Positions 48,538 to 58,802 of a DNA stretch of 64,000 bases are shown piece after piece (the stretch's first letter is position 1; the number at the start of each line of letters is the position of its first letter). Both the position numbers and the translations under genes were made by a program. Where the stretch lies: the IMG/VR virus record IMGVR_UViG_3300043409_001491, positions 32,001-96,000 of that record. One strand, written 5' to 3'. The notes under the pieces were generated by a model, which worked only from the letters and a program-made list of their open reading frames with translations, did no database searches and was not told the origin of the DNA. The DNA comes from a virus.

Positions 48538-49182
48538 ATGGCCACAGCAGGGTATTTAACAGGTAGACGTAGGTATGAACGCCCCCAGGCCCTGTTGTGG
48601 TCTGAGAACCCTGGTACGCTCTCCAATGGGGTATACCTGCCCACTGGCTATGAAGTACAAGGTAACTTTGCTGCATCTACAGATCCAGATCTAATTAATC
48701 AATTTATAATTCTTTCAGACCATAATCGTGGGGAATTAAATTTTACACCAACAAGAATAGAACAAAGACAAAGAACCATTAATGGACGTATGCGTTCATA
48801 TCACATAGCAGACAAACTAACAATGTCCGTTTCCTGGAATAATCTTCCATCAAGGTCATACTCTCAGGATGCAGGGTTTTTGGCTACTGGTTTGTCCCCT
48901 GATAAAAATACTCCAGGTGAATTTACAACAGATGGTGGAGCAGGCGGAGTAGAACTGCTTGACTGGTATGAAAACCATACAGGACCTTTTTGGATGTTTT
49001 TAGCATACGACAAGTACTCAAACTTTGGTGAAGAACTTACCAGTGGTGGAGACTATGGGCATCTTGCTCAATACAATCAAATCATTCAGGTTTATATTGC
49101 AGATTTTAATTATTCTGTTGTCAAACGTGGTGGCTCAAACCACGATCTTTGGAATATTTCGGTAACACTGGAAGAGGTCTAA
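48538..49182 (+). CDS. Distal tail (Dit-like) protein
   Basis: Follows TMP; RTINGRMR...WNISVTLEEV. Confidence 0.75.
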   Translation: MATAGYLTGRRRYERPQALLWSENPGTLSNGVYLPTGYEVQGNFAASTDPDLINQFIILSDHNRGELNFTPTRIEQRQRTINGRMRSYHIADKLTMSVSWNNLPSRSYSQDAGFLATGLSPDKNTPGEFTTDGGAGGVELLDWYENHTGPFWMFLAYDKYSNFGEELTSGGDYGHLAQYNQIIQVYIADFNYSVVKRGGSNHDLWNISVTLEEV

Positions 49183-52100
49183 ATGTTTGTTAGTGAAACA
49201 TTAAAGACACATTTAGAAACATCGTCAACGATAAGTCTTCAGTCATTAGTTTTGGCTGAGTGGAATATGAATATGCCAGATAATATTTATAAACTTGGCA
49301 ACTATAGATATAGACCTCTAGACTCAGATGTTACATATAAGACACTTCCTTTAGCATTTGATAACTTGGATGCTGGAAATTATTATACTGGTGCAACAGA
49401 TGCAGACGTCGTTATTGATGGCGGATATACAAATTTAGAAGTCCCACAACTTTTTACATCAACTAAAGAAAAAGTTAAAATACTTTATTCTTTAGAAGAT
49501 TGCGTAAAACCTTTTAGACCTAGATCTGGAATTAACAAAGCCTCCTATTTTAATAACAGATACCTTGCAAACTCTGGAGCATCAATGACTCTTAGACCAA
49601 GGTATTACATGCCATCACGATATGATGAATTTAAATATTGGTCATCCTTTAGAACTGAAGATAATATTGAAAGAGGAGTTGCAAAAAATATATTAAACTC
49701 CCTAAACTATATTGACGATGCAGTTCCTTTTGTTGTTTATAAAAATGCTGTTCCAGCAAATAGGCTTGTTGTAAAAATGCAAACAAATGTTGGAACTGTA
49801 AACATGGGAACTATGATAACCCAGGCTGGATCTTTGGGTGATCCACTATACGGAGTAACAAATAAGACAACTCCAGTTAGGTGGAAGATTCAATATTTAA
49901 GGGGTAATGACTGGAGTGATGCTTACTCATTTGATGAAAACTCTCTTAGAGATGATGATACAGCAATTATTCCAGAAGATGGCTATGTTGAGTTAGAGTA
50001 TGGACTCAAGATTCCAGATCAATATAAAACAAACTTTACATTTGCAGAAAAACTATCATCTAGTACCCTGCTTCCAGAAGATTCAATTAATGGATACGCA
50101 TATCTTGTAGTTGAAAATGAAAACGAACGTGGTTTATTTTATATTTGGGATGAAGCAAATACAGAATATGATACATTTATTCCAGAATACGGATGGATCC
50201 TTGGGGCTGGAGTTTTAAATCGTTCAACAAAACTAGTTACAGACCTAACAAACCCAGAATTATTCACTAACGACTCAAACAATTTAACAACATACAGAGA
50301 GTTTGCTTATATTCGTGGCATTAGAGTTGTTGTAGAAACTATGAATAAGTTTGATTGTACTTTTGATTTAATTGAAATGTCCCCTAGACTTGTTGTAGAT
50401 ATTTCAAATAAAGTAATTGATTTTAATATAAAGAAAATTTTATCAGACATAGGCACGACATCTTTGCCAGTAGGACAACTACTTGCCTCAACTGGATCCT
50501 TGTCTTTATTTGATGATGACCAAGCGTTTAATGAAAATAACACGGCTAGTATTGTATCTAGTTATATTAGAAAAAATATTAAGTTTCTTTTTTATGAGTC
50601 AATTTTTAATGTTCAAGGAGATGAATACTCAGTTCCTATTAAAACATTATACTCAGAAGGATTTCCACAGGCAGATGTTACTGGTGCAACTCTTTCTTTA
50701 GAGTTAAGAGATTTTTATTTTTTCTTAGAGTCAATGCCTGCTCCAAGGCTTTTGACTACTCAAACATCTTTAAGTTATGCAATATCGCTTTTACTTGATT
50801 ATATTGGATTTAGCAACTACACTTTTAAGAGAGTTGACGAAGAGAATGATCCAATTATTCCGTACTTCTTTATTGCTCCAGACCAAAACGTTGCAGAGGT
50901 TTTAAATCAACTAGCCGTTTCAACACAAACAGCAATGTTCTTTGATGAGTACAATAATTTTGTTGTAATGAGCAAAGACTACTTAATGCCTACTTTAGCA
51001 CAAAGAGCAACAGACTTTGTTGTTTCTGGATCAAATAACCAAACAGACTCTGGCATAACAGAAAATGCTACATCTGGTAAACTTCCAAACATTTTATCTA
51101 TTGCATCACAAGATAAGAAAATTTATAATGATGGGAAAATTAACTACACAACAAGATATATTCAAAGATCCTATGGTTCAATAAAGCAGTCAAGCATGAT
51201 TGATAAAGAAAAAACATGGATATATAAACCATCACTTTTGTGGGAAGTTGCTGGAACAGATTCTACAAAAACTATAAATGAGTTAGCATCAAAGCAGGGT
51301 AGTTATGTTCTTGGAGCCATGCCTTTAAACTCAAATATTCCTGCTGTGGCTCCTACAGTTTTAGGGAATGTAGTAATAAACAATATCATTGATCTTGGAG
51401 AAAACATTTATTGGCTAACACGATATAACGGATACCTGTATTCTAATGGCGAGATTATTAAATACGATGCCGCACAATTTAGCGTAACAGGTGTGGGAAA
51501 TGTATGGATTAGTAGTAACCAAGAGTATCAAAAATATTTTGCATCTATTCCCTTTAATGGAAAAATATATCCAACGGGATTGGTAAGAATATACTCAACC
51601 CCATACTATGAAACAGTTAATGGAATAACTAGACTTCAAAATGGAGCGGTTGTTGACCATGGTCGCGGTCAGTTTGGAACAAAGATAACAGATCACTATG
51701 CTGGAATAAATACTTATTGGACTGATAACAGTAATGTCCGTGGTGTTGACATGAAAACTCAGTACTTGTTTACAACTACGCTAGATGAAGACATAAGTTT
51801 GCCAGCAACAACAACAGGTGCAGCAGGCGTTAACAATACAGTTGCAGGCCAGTCAACAAGAAATAGCATAATTAAAAACTTTATGGCAACAAGCGACTTA
51901 ACAGACACAGACATTAATGGTTTACTATCAACACAAACTGGAACAATCCAGTCATCTGCTTTGGTCTTTAACGGACCGTCATTTAAAACTACAGAAACAC
52001 CATTAAACTTTGTTTCATATGTTTATAAAAATCTAGACAATGCTTATAGACATTTTGGAACAAGAATGCGTATTGTGGGTAAAATTGAAAACAATATTTC

Positions 52101-53499
52101 ATCAACGCAAACAGCACTGGGCAGCATTCCTTACTATCAGGTTAGTGGAAGCCAGCCAGACCAAAACGTAAACATCGGCGGAGGCTCTGGAGGTCTTGCA
52201 GTTTTATTAAATCCAGAAACAAATAATGGATATTATTTTGAAATAATTGCTTTAACTGAAGATAACATTACTCCTTATTTAAAATTAAATAAAGAGAATC
52301 AGGCAGAGGTATCAATTAACAATGTTGTGTTTTATAAAATTAAAAAAGATTCTAGCAACACCAATGCAATCCCAGTTAAACTTTGGGGGGGCTTGGCAAA
52401 AATACTTGTAGATGATGGTAAATTTTCTGGACAACAAAGAATGGCTTCTGAAGAAAACTCAACGGTTTATGATTTATCAGTAGAGTATCAAGACATTGGA
52501 AAAACTAGAAGGTTCTATTTATATATAAATAATCAACTAATTAAGATAGTAGATGACAAAGATCCTCTTCCAGTCTATAACAATATGGCTTTATTTGTTC
52601 GTGGATCTTCTAAGTGTATGTTTGAAAACATTTATGCTTTATCACAAAACTATAGCCAAAATACATCTTTCGTTGTAGGAGAAACATTATCAAAGCAGTT
52701 TGGTGACTCCCAGGTTGATGTCAATGAGTCTTTTAGAAAATATGCAATGAGCGGCGTTGTCCAATCAACATACCTATCGGGTATAAGTTCTCAGCAGCCA
52801 CCAAACTACAATATGTATTTTGAAGAGTTTGGTTCTATTATGCGTGAGTGTGCATATTTTGATATTAAATATGATCGTGCATACCCAGCACTTTATGCAC
52901 AACTATCTCCAACGTTTAGCAACACAAAGGGCTACACAACTTCTGGGTTTTACGCAGACTCTTATGGTGCTGAGTTCTTAATTTTTAACTCAACAGACAA
53001 AGCCTTAAACTTAGATGAGACAACTGGAAACTTTTTAAGAATTCAAGGCATTACATTTACACAAGACACAACGCATGAACTAACTGTAGATGAGTTTTTT
53101 AAAAAACGTGGCAATTTATCCGATCCAGAATTAGTAGGTAGCACTCTCACGTACTCACCTCTGGTTGAAAAATCAAGGTATGACGAAATTAGATTAAGTA
53201 GATCAACCTATGGTAAAAACGAATTTAGCATTGATAGCATATACATACAAACACAAGATGATGCAGAAGCAATGATGAATTGGATTATAAATAAAGTTAT
53301 GGTTCCCAAAAAGTCTATGGGTATTAATTTATTTAGCATACCAACCCTACAACTTGGAGATATTGTAACGGTAGACTACAAGGATTCATCAGGTCTTGAT
53401 TTAGTGACATCAGATTCTTCAAGGTTTGTTGTTTATAATATAGAGTACTCTAGGTCTGGTTCTGGACCAAGCATGACTGTTTATTTGAGTGAGGTATAA
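49183..53499 (+). CDS. Large tail tip/baseplate hub protein
   Basis: Position; MFFDEYNNFVV and LQLGDIVTV hub motifs. Confidence 0.8.
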   Translation: MFVSETLKTHLETSSTISLQSLVLAEWNMNMPDNIYKLGNYRYRPLDSDVTYKTLPLAFDNLDAGNYYTGATDADVVIDGGYTNLEVPQLFTSTKEKVKILYSLEDCVKPFRPRSGINKASYFNNRYLANSGASMTLRPRYYMPSRYDEFKYWSSFRTEDNIERGVAKNILNSLNYIDDAVPFVVYKNAVPANRLVVKMQTNVGTVNMGTMITQAGSLGDPLYGVTNKTTPVRWKIQYLRGNDWSDAYSFDENSLRDDDTAIIPEDGYVELEYGLKIPDQYKTNFTFAEKLSSSTLLPEDSINGYAYLVVENENERGLFYIWDEANTEYDTFIPEYGWILGAGVLNRSTKLVTDLTNPELFTNDSNNLTTYREFAYIRGIRVVVETMNKFDCTFDLIEMSPRLVVDISNKVIDFNIKKILSDIGTTSLPVGQLLASTGSLSLFDDDQAFNENNTASIVSSYIRKNIKFLFYESIFNVQGDEYSVPIKTLYSEGFPQADVTGATLSLELRDFYFFLESMPAPRLLTTQTSLSYAISLLLDYIGFSNYTFKRVDEENDPIIPYFFIAPDQNVAEVLNQLAVSTQTAMFFDEYNNFVVMSKDYLMPTLAQRATDFVVSGSNNQTDSGITENATSGKLPNILSIASQDKKIYNDGKINYTTRYIQRSYGSIKQSSMIDKEKTWIYKPSLLWEVAGTDSTKTINELASKQGSYVLGAMPLNSNIPAVAPTVLGNVVINNIIDLGENIYWLTRYNGYLYSNGEIIKYDAAQFSVTGVGNVWISSNQEYQKYFASIPFNGKIYPTGLVRIYSTPYYETVNGITRLQNGAVVDHGRGQFGTKITDHYAGINTYWTDNSNVRGVDMKTQYLFTTTLDEDISLPATTTGAAGVNNTVAGQSTRNSIIKNFMATSDLTDTDINGLLSTQTGTIQSSALVFNGPSFKTTETPLNFVSYVYKNLDNAYRHFGTRMRIVGKIENNISSTQTALGSIPYYQVSGSQPDQNVNIGGGSGGLAVLLNPETNNGYYFEIIALTEDNITPYLKLNKENQAEVSINNVVFYKIKKDSSNTNAIPVKLWGGLAKILVDDGKFSGQQRMASEENSTVYDLSVEYQDIGKTRRFYLYINNQLIKIVDDKDPLPVYNNMALFVRGSSKCMFENIYALSQNYSQNTSFVVGETLSKQFGDSQVDVNESFRKYAMSGVVQSTYLSGISSQQPPNYNMYFEEFGSIMRECAYFDIKYDRAYPALYAQLSPTFSNTKGYTTSGFYADSYGAEFLIFNSTDKALNLDETTGNFLRIQGITFTQDTTHELTVDEFFKKRGNLSDPELVGSTLTYSPLVEKSRYDEIRLSRSTYGKNEFSIDSIYIQTQDDAEAMMNWIINKVMVPKKSMGINLFSIPTLQLGDIVTVDYKDSSGLDLVTSDSSRFVVYNIEYSRSGSGPSMTVYLSEV

Positions 53500-53500
53500 T

Positions 53501-54337
53501 ATGAGATTTAATCCAGATCGCATGTCTACTGATGATGGAAGTTATATTGAACCAACGCAAACTGTAGCAACTCAAACAAATGACATGCAAACATCAAAAG
53601 TAGTAGATGAAACAGATGAGCGCCAAACATCAATATTAGAAGCAAAGACTAGCAATGGGAATTTAATTAAAGCCCTTGAGGCTTTAGCAACAAAAGATAT
53701 TACCCCTACACCCACTCCAACCCCCACTCCAACCCCCACTCCAACCCCTAAGCCGCTCACCAAGCCAGCCACCCCCACACCAAAAGTAGTTAAACAAATA
53801 ATTTCAACTTCTGATTTAATAACATCAAACCCTTCAACTCCAAGGCCTATTCCAATAACACCAAACCCATCTCCTGTTGTAAAAACACCACCACCTCCTC
53901 CAGTAAAAACAGCACCAATAGACACAGTTTTATTTAATGATGACTCCATGTCTATTGAAATAATGGCTGATTTAATTTTTGAAGATATTGGGGGACATGA
54001 ATTAATAAACATTGCTAGAAACGACATTATTAATGGACAGCAAATATCTTATACACCAATCAAAAACCTAGGCTTAATTCAGCAAAAGTATAACCCAAAC
54101 AATATTCTTGGATTACAGGCTACCTCTGAAAAGTACTTTGCTAACTTTCCTATAAAGTTTGAAGAGAAGGTGCCTATTGAGGGCAATGGTCCCAACGGGT
54201 TAAATGTTTATTTTGAAGATGCAACTGGAGATCTAATTATTGAGGGAGTTAATTTAAATAAAGATGAACTTTTTGAGGTTGAAGTGTCGTTAAATGGTAC
54301 AATATATGAAGCAGACTTTGGAGCAACTACATCATGA
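53501..54337 (+). CDS. Minor tail protein with Pro/Thr-rich linker
   Basis: (TP)8 and further Pro-rich segments before a globular C-terminus. Confidence 0.7.
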   Translation: MRFNPDRMSTDDGSYIEPTQTVATQTNDMQTSKVVDETDERQTSILEAKTSNGNLIKALEALATKDITPTPTPTPTPTPTPTPKPLTKPATPTPKVVKQIISTSDLITSNPSTPRPIPITPNPSPVVKTPPPPPVKTAPIDTVLFNDDSMSIEIMADLIFEDIGGHELINIARNDIINGQQISYTPIKNLGLIQQKYNPNNILGLQATSEKYFANFPIKFEEKVPIEGNGPNGLNVYFEDATGDLIIEGVNLNKDELFEVEVSLNGTIYEADFGATTS

Positions 54338-55491
54338 TAACTAATAAAGGCAAGGGCATTATTGGAAAATATATGCTTGGTCAGGCACCAGCCTATGCCT
54401 CATATTTAGCCGTTGGCTGCGGACCTACCCCGCTTCAAACAGAAGATGTTGCCGATAACTTTGCAACAAAAGAAAACCTTGACTTTGAGATGTTTAGAGT
54501 TCCAATTTCTTCAAGAGGTTTTGTAAACGAAAACGGTATTGATAAAATTGTACTTACCGCAGAACTACCTACAGAAGAAAGATATGAAATAACAGAGGTA
54601 GGATTATACTCAGCAGGATCTAACCCATCTGCTGGAGCACAAGACAGCAAAACAGTTTTTGCATTTACACAGGGAGAAAACTGGGAATACCATACGGCCA
54701 CTTCTTCAGTAGCAATTCCAGTAATTTCTGTACCACTAGATGCCAACGATGACGATATAATAAACGCAACAGGAACGGCAAATGGTGTATTTCAGACTAA
54801 TGCAGATAACTCTATTTTTTATAATACAGACCGTGTAGACAGATACGAGAGACCAAGGTTTTTAAACAATACAATTTTAATGCAAGGAGATGACTCAGAC
54901 TTAAGCATAGGTGGCGGAGGCTCTGGAGGAGTTGATCACTTTGTTGTTGATTCTGGAAATCATATACACCTTACTTCTCCAAATGTTGACTTTTCACAAA
55001 ACTCTCCTTTAGATGAGTTAAGGTTTGCATTTTCTTTAGTAAACAGAGATGGCACATCAGCAGCAAATCCAGATACAGTAAGAATCCTAATTGACTTTGC
55101 AGCAACTGACAGCAACAATCCATCAACATATGCTAGGTTTGAAATTAATATTGAAGATGGCGTTGATGGCTATGACTTTTCAACAAACAGATACTTTGTT
55201 GTTTCAAAACAATTACAAGAATTATATAAGAGTCAAAACTTTACTTGGAATGCAGTCACTGTAGTAAAAATATATGTTTCTATTTTTGATAGTGGAAGTG
55301 GTATTTATTTCCCAACATCAGATTATTACATTGCCTTAGATGCGTTAAGACTTGAAAATATAGCAACCGTTAATCCGCTATATGGTTTAACAGGATACTC
55401 TGTCATTAAAAATGATGATGCTACAACAATCATTAAATCTCCTAATACAAACAATTATGTTGAATTTAGATTTTCTATTGGGGTAACCTAA
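54334..55491 (+). CDS. Minor tail protein
   Basis: MITNKGK...YLAVGCG...L.FE.FR...ITEVGLY. Confidence 0.75.
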   Translation: MITNKGKGIIGKYMLGQAPAYASYLAVGCGPTPLQTEDVADNFATKENLDFEMFRVPISSRGFVNENGIDKIVLTAELPTEERYEITEVGLYSAGSNPSAGAQDSKTVFAFTQGENWEYHTATSSVAIPVISVPLDANDDDIINATGTANGVFQTNADNSIFYNTDRVDRYERPRFLNNTILMQGDDSDLSIGGGGSGGVDHFVVDSGNHIHLTSPNVDFSQNSPLDELRFAFSLVNRDGTSAANPDTVRILIDFAATDSNNPSTYARFEINIEDGVDGYDFSTNRYFVVSKQLQELYKSQNFTWNAVTVVKIYVSIFDSGSGIYFPTSDYYIALDALRLENIATVNPLYGLTGYSVIKNDDATTIIKSPNTNNYVEFRFSIGVT

Positions 55492-55916
55492 TGGTTGATG
55501 CAAACATAAAGAAATTCCGTATTTTAAAGTCATCCCTTCCACCAATTGATCACGATACGTTAAAGTATAATTTAAGATATAGAATTGTTTCTGACGATAG
55601 AAACAGAACTTCTCATTGGTCTCCAATTTATAACATTTCTGGAGAGTCAATAACGTCAGTCAGCGGCGCAGTTTCCAAGACGGGGAACGTTGTTACAGCA
55701 GTGTGGGGAGACACAAATAATTTTCCAGAATACGACGTTTTTGTTAAATTTGACTCAGGCCAATTTTTCTATCACGGGACATCAAAAGTACACTCATATT
55801 CATTTTTAAAAACTGGTACTACATCAGTTACAGTAAAGGTTCAAATAGTTTCATCAAAAAAAGAAATCAAGGCAGCACTAAATATCTTTGACTCTGGTTC
55901 AGTGTCTTTGGTATAA
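55491..55916 (+). CDS. Minor tail protein
   Basis: Operon context; RYRIVSDDRNRTSHWS. Confidence 0.65.
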   Translation: MVDANIKKFRILKSSLPPIDHDTLKYNLRYRIVSDDRNRTSHWSPIYNISGESITSVSGAVSKTGNVVTAVWGDTNNFPEYDVFVKFDSGQFFYHGTSKVHSYSFLKTGTTSVTVKVQIVSSKKEIKAALNIFDSGSVSLV

Positions 55917-55934
55917 TTAAATAGGAGGAATAAC

Positions 55935-56375
55935 ATGGCAAAAATACCATTACCCGAAAGAGGGCAGCCGCTTGATGTAACATACATCTATCAGGTAGTC
56001 GATGCTTTAAACAGTCTATCAACACAGGTTTCTGATGCAACCTATAATTATACTGATATTGATGTAGTCGGAGCAGAGAAGCAGAGTCTAAAAACTTCTA
56101 ACACAAAGTTTATTGGAAGGTTTAAGTCAATTGCAAATAACGAAACTGTAACTGCTGGACAGGAAAAGTCTTATTCTATTGATTATTCTAACTTTAAATA
56201 TCCGCCAATTATAACTTTGTCAGTTGTAAATACTAGCGGAACAACTGCTGGATCTAACACTACGGTAGTTTTAACATCAGTAACGACTACACAGGCTGGA
56301 TTTACAGTAAGGTATGGGGTTTCTGGAACTGCAACCATTGGCGTAAATCTTATTGCTATTGGTGTTCCAAATTAA
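55935..56375 (+). CDS. Minor tail protein (H-type lectin/gp53-like C-terminus)
   Basis: FKYPPII...VTTTQAGF...NLIAIG. Confidence 0.65.
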   Translation: MAKIPLPERGQPLDVTYIYQVVDALNSLSTQVSDATYNYTDIDVVGAEKQSLKTSNTKFIGRFKSIANNETVTAGQEKSYSIDYSNFKYPPIITLSVVNTSGTTAGSNTTVVLTSVTTTQAGFTVRYGVSGTATIGVNLIAIGVPN

Positions 56376-56376
56376 T

Positions 56377-56565
56377 ATGACATGTAAAAGATGCGAAGGA
56401 AAAATGTTTGTAGATAGGATTCATTCAAATATAGATCATCTAGAAACATACTGTGTTAAGTGTGGGAACAGAAAGTTTTATCATCCACCTAGCGAGTCTG
56501 CGGAGGGAAAATGGTTACTGCAAAAGGAAAAATTCAGAGCGAAGAGTATAATAGCGAGCCTATAA
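56377..56565 (+). CDS. Zn-finger protein
   Basis: CKRCEGKMF...YCVKCG. Confidence 0.7.
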   Translation: MTCKRCEGKMFVDRIHSNIDHLETYCVKCGNRKFYHPPSESAEGKWLLQKEKFRAKSIIASL

Positions 56566-57053
56566 TTCCTGGTGGTAAAAAAATATGGTTTCTTAATGGA
56601 GACTTGGTAAGACTTCATCATAGTTCTAGATCAACAGGAATGGTAACAGTTTATAATATTAACAAAGATAGACTAGAAACATGCCTGCGTTCTGACTTTA
56701 GAAGAAATAGAAAAAAGGCTTACACTGTTGCAGAGACTGCTAAGTTAGTTAATCGTCATAGAAAGTATATGCCAAGATTAATAAAACGAGGAGTCATTCC
56801 TGCACCAGTTGGATCAAGTATTGACGGTAAAACTGGGTGGCAAATTAGATCTTATTATTCAGAAGACCATGTTAAAGAGATTTGTGCTATACTTGCAACT
56901 ATACATATTGGACAACCAAGAAAAGACAAATTAATAACAAATAACATGACTCCTACAAGCCAAGAGTTGACAAGGCGAATGGGAGACGGTATACTTACAT
57001 ATACAAAGACAGAAGATGGACGATTTATTCCAGTGTGGAGTGAGTCTATTTAA
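56511..57053 (+). CDS. HTH (MerR/excisionase-like) DNA-binding protein
   Basis: AYTVAETAKLVNRH...GVIPAP...RSYYSEDHV. Confidence 0.75.
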   Translation: MVTAKGKIQSEEYNSEPIIPGGKKIWFLNGDLVRLHHSSRSTGMVTVYNINKDRLETCLRSDFRRNRKKAYTVAETAKLVNRHRKYMPRLIKRGVIPAPVGSSIDGKTGWQIRSYYSEDHVKEICAILATIHIGQPRKDKLITNNMTPTSQELTRRMGDGILTYTKTEDGRFIPVWSESI

Positions 57054-57071
57054 TTATTGAATGGGTGGATA

Positions 57072-57278
57072 ATGGAAAACGATAATACAAAGGTATCTGT
57101 AACACTTGGATATACTCTCAATCTAGGAAATTTTCAATCACTACGCCTTGATTTAGGAATTGTAGATTCAAAGCGTGATGGCGAAAATGTAGATGAGGCT
57201 TTTAGTCGTGTCTATAAGTTTGTAGAAGATAAACTTACAGAAAAGATTCAAGAAGCAAAGTCTGAAATAAACGAATAG
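57072..57278 (+). CDS. Conserved phage hypothetical protein
   Basis: TLNLGNFQSLRLD motif. Confidence 0.7.
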   Translation: MENDNTKVSVTLGYTLNLGNFQSLRLDLGIVDSKRDGENVDEAFSRVYKFVEDKLTEKIQEAKSEINE

Positions 57279-57280
57279 CA

Positions 57281-57589
57281 ATGGCTGATCGCAAAGACCG
57301 AATGGCTTTGCTTAGCAGGTTTAATAAGTTTTACCTGCAGAAGTACGGTCAGAAGTCTAACATGAACCTAAACGTTGAGCAGTGGGCTGCTGACGGCCTT
57401 GTAGAGTCATATGGAGTTGCTCAATGCTATGACCTGCTAGAGTATTACTTTTCTATTGCACAAGAGCCTTCTTGGAATTATTTTTCATATAATGCAGAAA
57501 AAATATTAAACGGTAAGGCAGAAGTAGAACAAGATATTAAAGATAGAATAGTCCGTAGGCAATTAGCAAAGGAGTGGTTGAGTGAATAA
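57281..57589 (+). CDS. Hypothetical protein upstream of helicase
   Basis: ORF track; coupled to helicase. Confidence 0.7.
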   Translation: MADRKDRMALLSRFNKFYLQKYGQKSNMNLNVEQWAADGLVESYGVAQCYDLLEYYFSIAQEPSWNYFSYNAEKILNGKAEVEQDIKDRIVRRQLAKEWLSE

Positions 57590-58802
57590 TACAGAGGCAA
57601 AGGTTATTTCTGCATTATTACAAGACAAGCAGATTCACGTTTTGCTACAGGCCAATGTTGAAAACCTTTTAAGAACCCACAACGATGTCTGGAATTTTAT
57701 TCGGCTTTATTCAGAAAACAATCAATGCATTCCACCAGCAGATTTAGTAAGAGAAAAGTTTAGAGACTTTGAGCCAGTTGCTGGGGTTGGAGCAACTAAG
57801 CATCATCTAGCAGAGTTACAGGTAGAATATCTTAACGATAGCCTAAAAGATATTTTACGTAATGCCGCAGGGGAAGTTCAAAGCGGTAATGGCGGAGAAG
57901 CACTTGAACACCTTATAACAAAGACATCTGAATTAAAAAAGAATACATCTGCTATTCGTGATATTGATGCAACAGATCTTGACTCTGCCGTTGCATACTT
58001 TGAAAATGTACAGAAGCAAAAAGAACTTGGGCATGTTGGTATTAAGACTGGTCTTCCAGGGTTTGATAATTATCTACCTTCTGGAATTATGCCAGGGCAG
58101 TTGGGTGTATTCCTTGCATATCCAGGAATTGGAAAGTCTTGGCTTGCACTTTATTTTGCGGTTCAAGCATGGAAGCAAGGTAAGTCGCCAATGATTATTT
58201 CACTTGAAATGAGTGAGACAGAAGTTCGTAATCGTGTTCTTGCTATTATGGGTGAAGGTCTTTGGTCACATAGAAAATTATCTAATGGCGAAGTAGAGAT
58301 TGATATGCTAAAGAAATGGCATCACAACAAGGTTGAGGGTCGTCCAGAGTTTCATATTATTTCTAATGATAGTGGTGGAGAAGTAACACCCTCTGTTATT
58401 CGTGGAAAGATTGATCAATACCGTCCAGACTTTGTGGTTGTTGACTACCTACAACTTATGTCACCAAACCAAAAGGCTGATTCCGAAACGGTACGAATGA
58501 AAAACCTTTCAAGAGAACTTAAACTAATGTCCATTAGCGAAGAGGTGCCCATCATTGCTATATCTTCTGCTACACCTGATGATGTAAAAGATCTTTCAAG
58601 TCCTCCAACACTTGGACAAACCGCTTGGTCAAGACAGATTGCCTACGATGCTGACTGGGTCATGGCTTTAGGTCGTGCAACTAATAGTGATATTATTGAA
58701 TGTGTATTTCGCAAGAACCGTAATGGTTACATGGGTGATTTCTTAGTTCAAGTAGATTTTGACAAAGGATACTACAGGTATAAAGACTATGAAGACAAGT
58801 AA
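57582..58802 (+). CDS. dnaB: Replicative DnaB-like helicase
   Basis: AYPGIGKS Walker A, SLEM, VVDYLQLM, DAD, KNRNG. Confidence 0.93.
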   Translation: MNNTEAKVISALLQDKQIHVLLQANVENLLRTHNDVWNFIRLYSENNQCIPPADLVREKFRDFEPVAGVGATKHHLAELQVEYLNDSLKDILRNAAGEVQSGNGGEALEHLITKTSELKKNTSAIRDIDATDLDSAVAYFENVQKQKELGHVGIKTGLPGFDNYLPSGIMPGQLGVFLAYPGIGKSWLALYFAVQAWKQGKSPMIISLEMSETEVRNRVLAIMGEGLWSHRKLSNGEVEIDMLKKWHHNKVEGRPEFHIISNDSGGEVTPSVIRGKIDQYRPDFVVVDYLQLMSPNQKADSETVRMKNLSRELKLMSISEEVPIIAISSATPDDVKDLSSPPTLGQTAWSRQIAYDADWVMALGRATNSDIIECVFRKNRNGYMGDFLVQVDFDKGYYRYKDYEDK

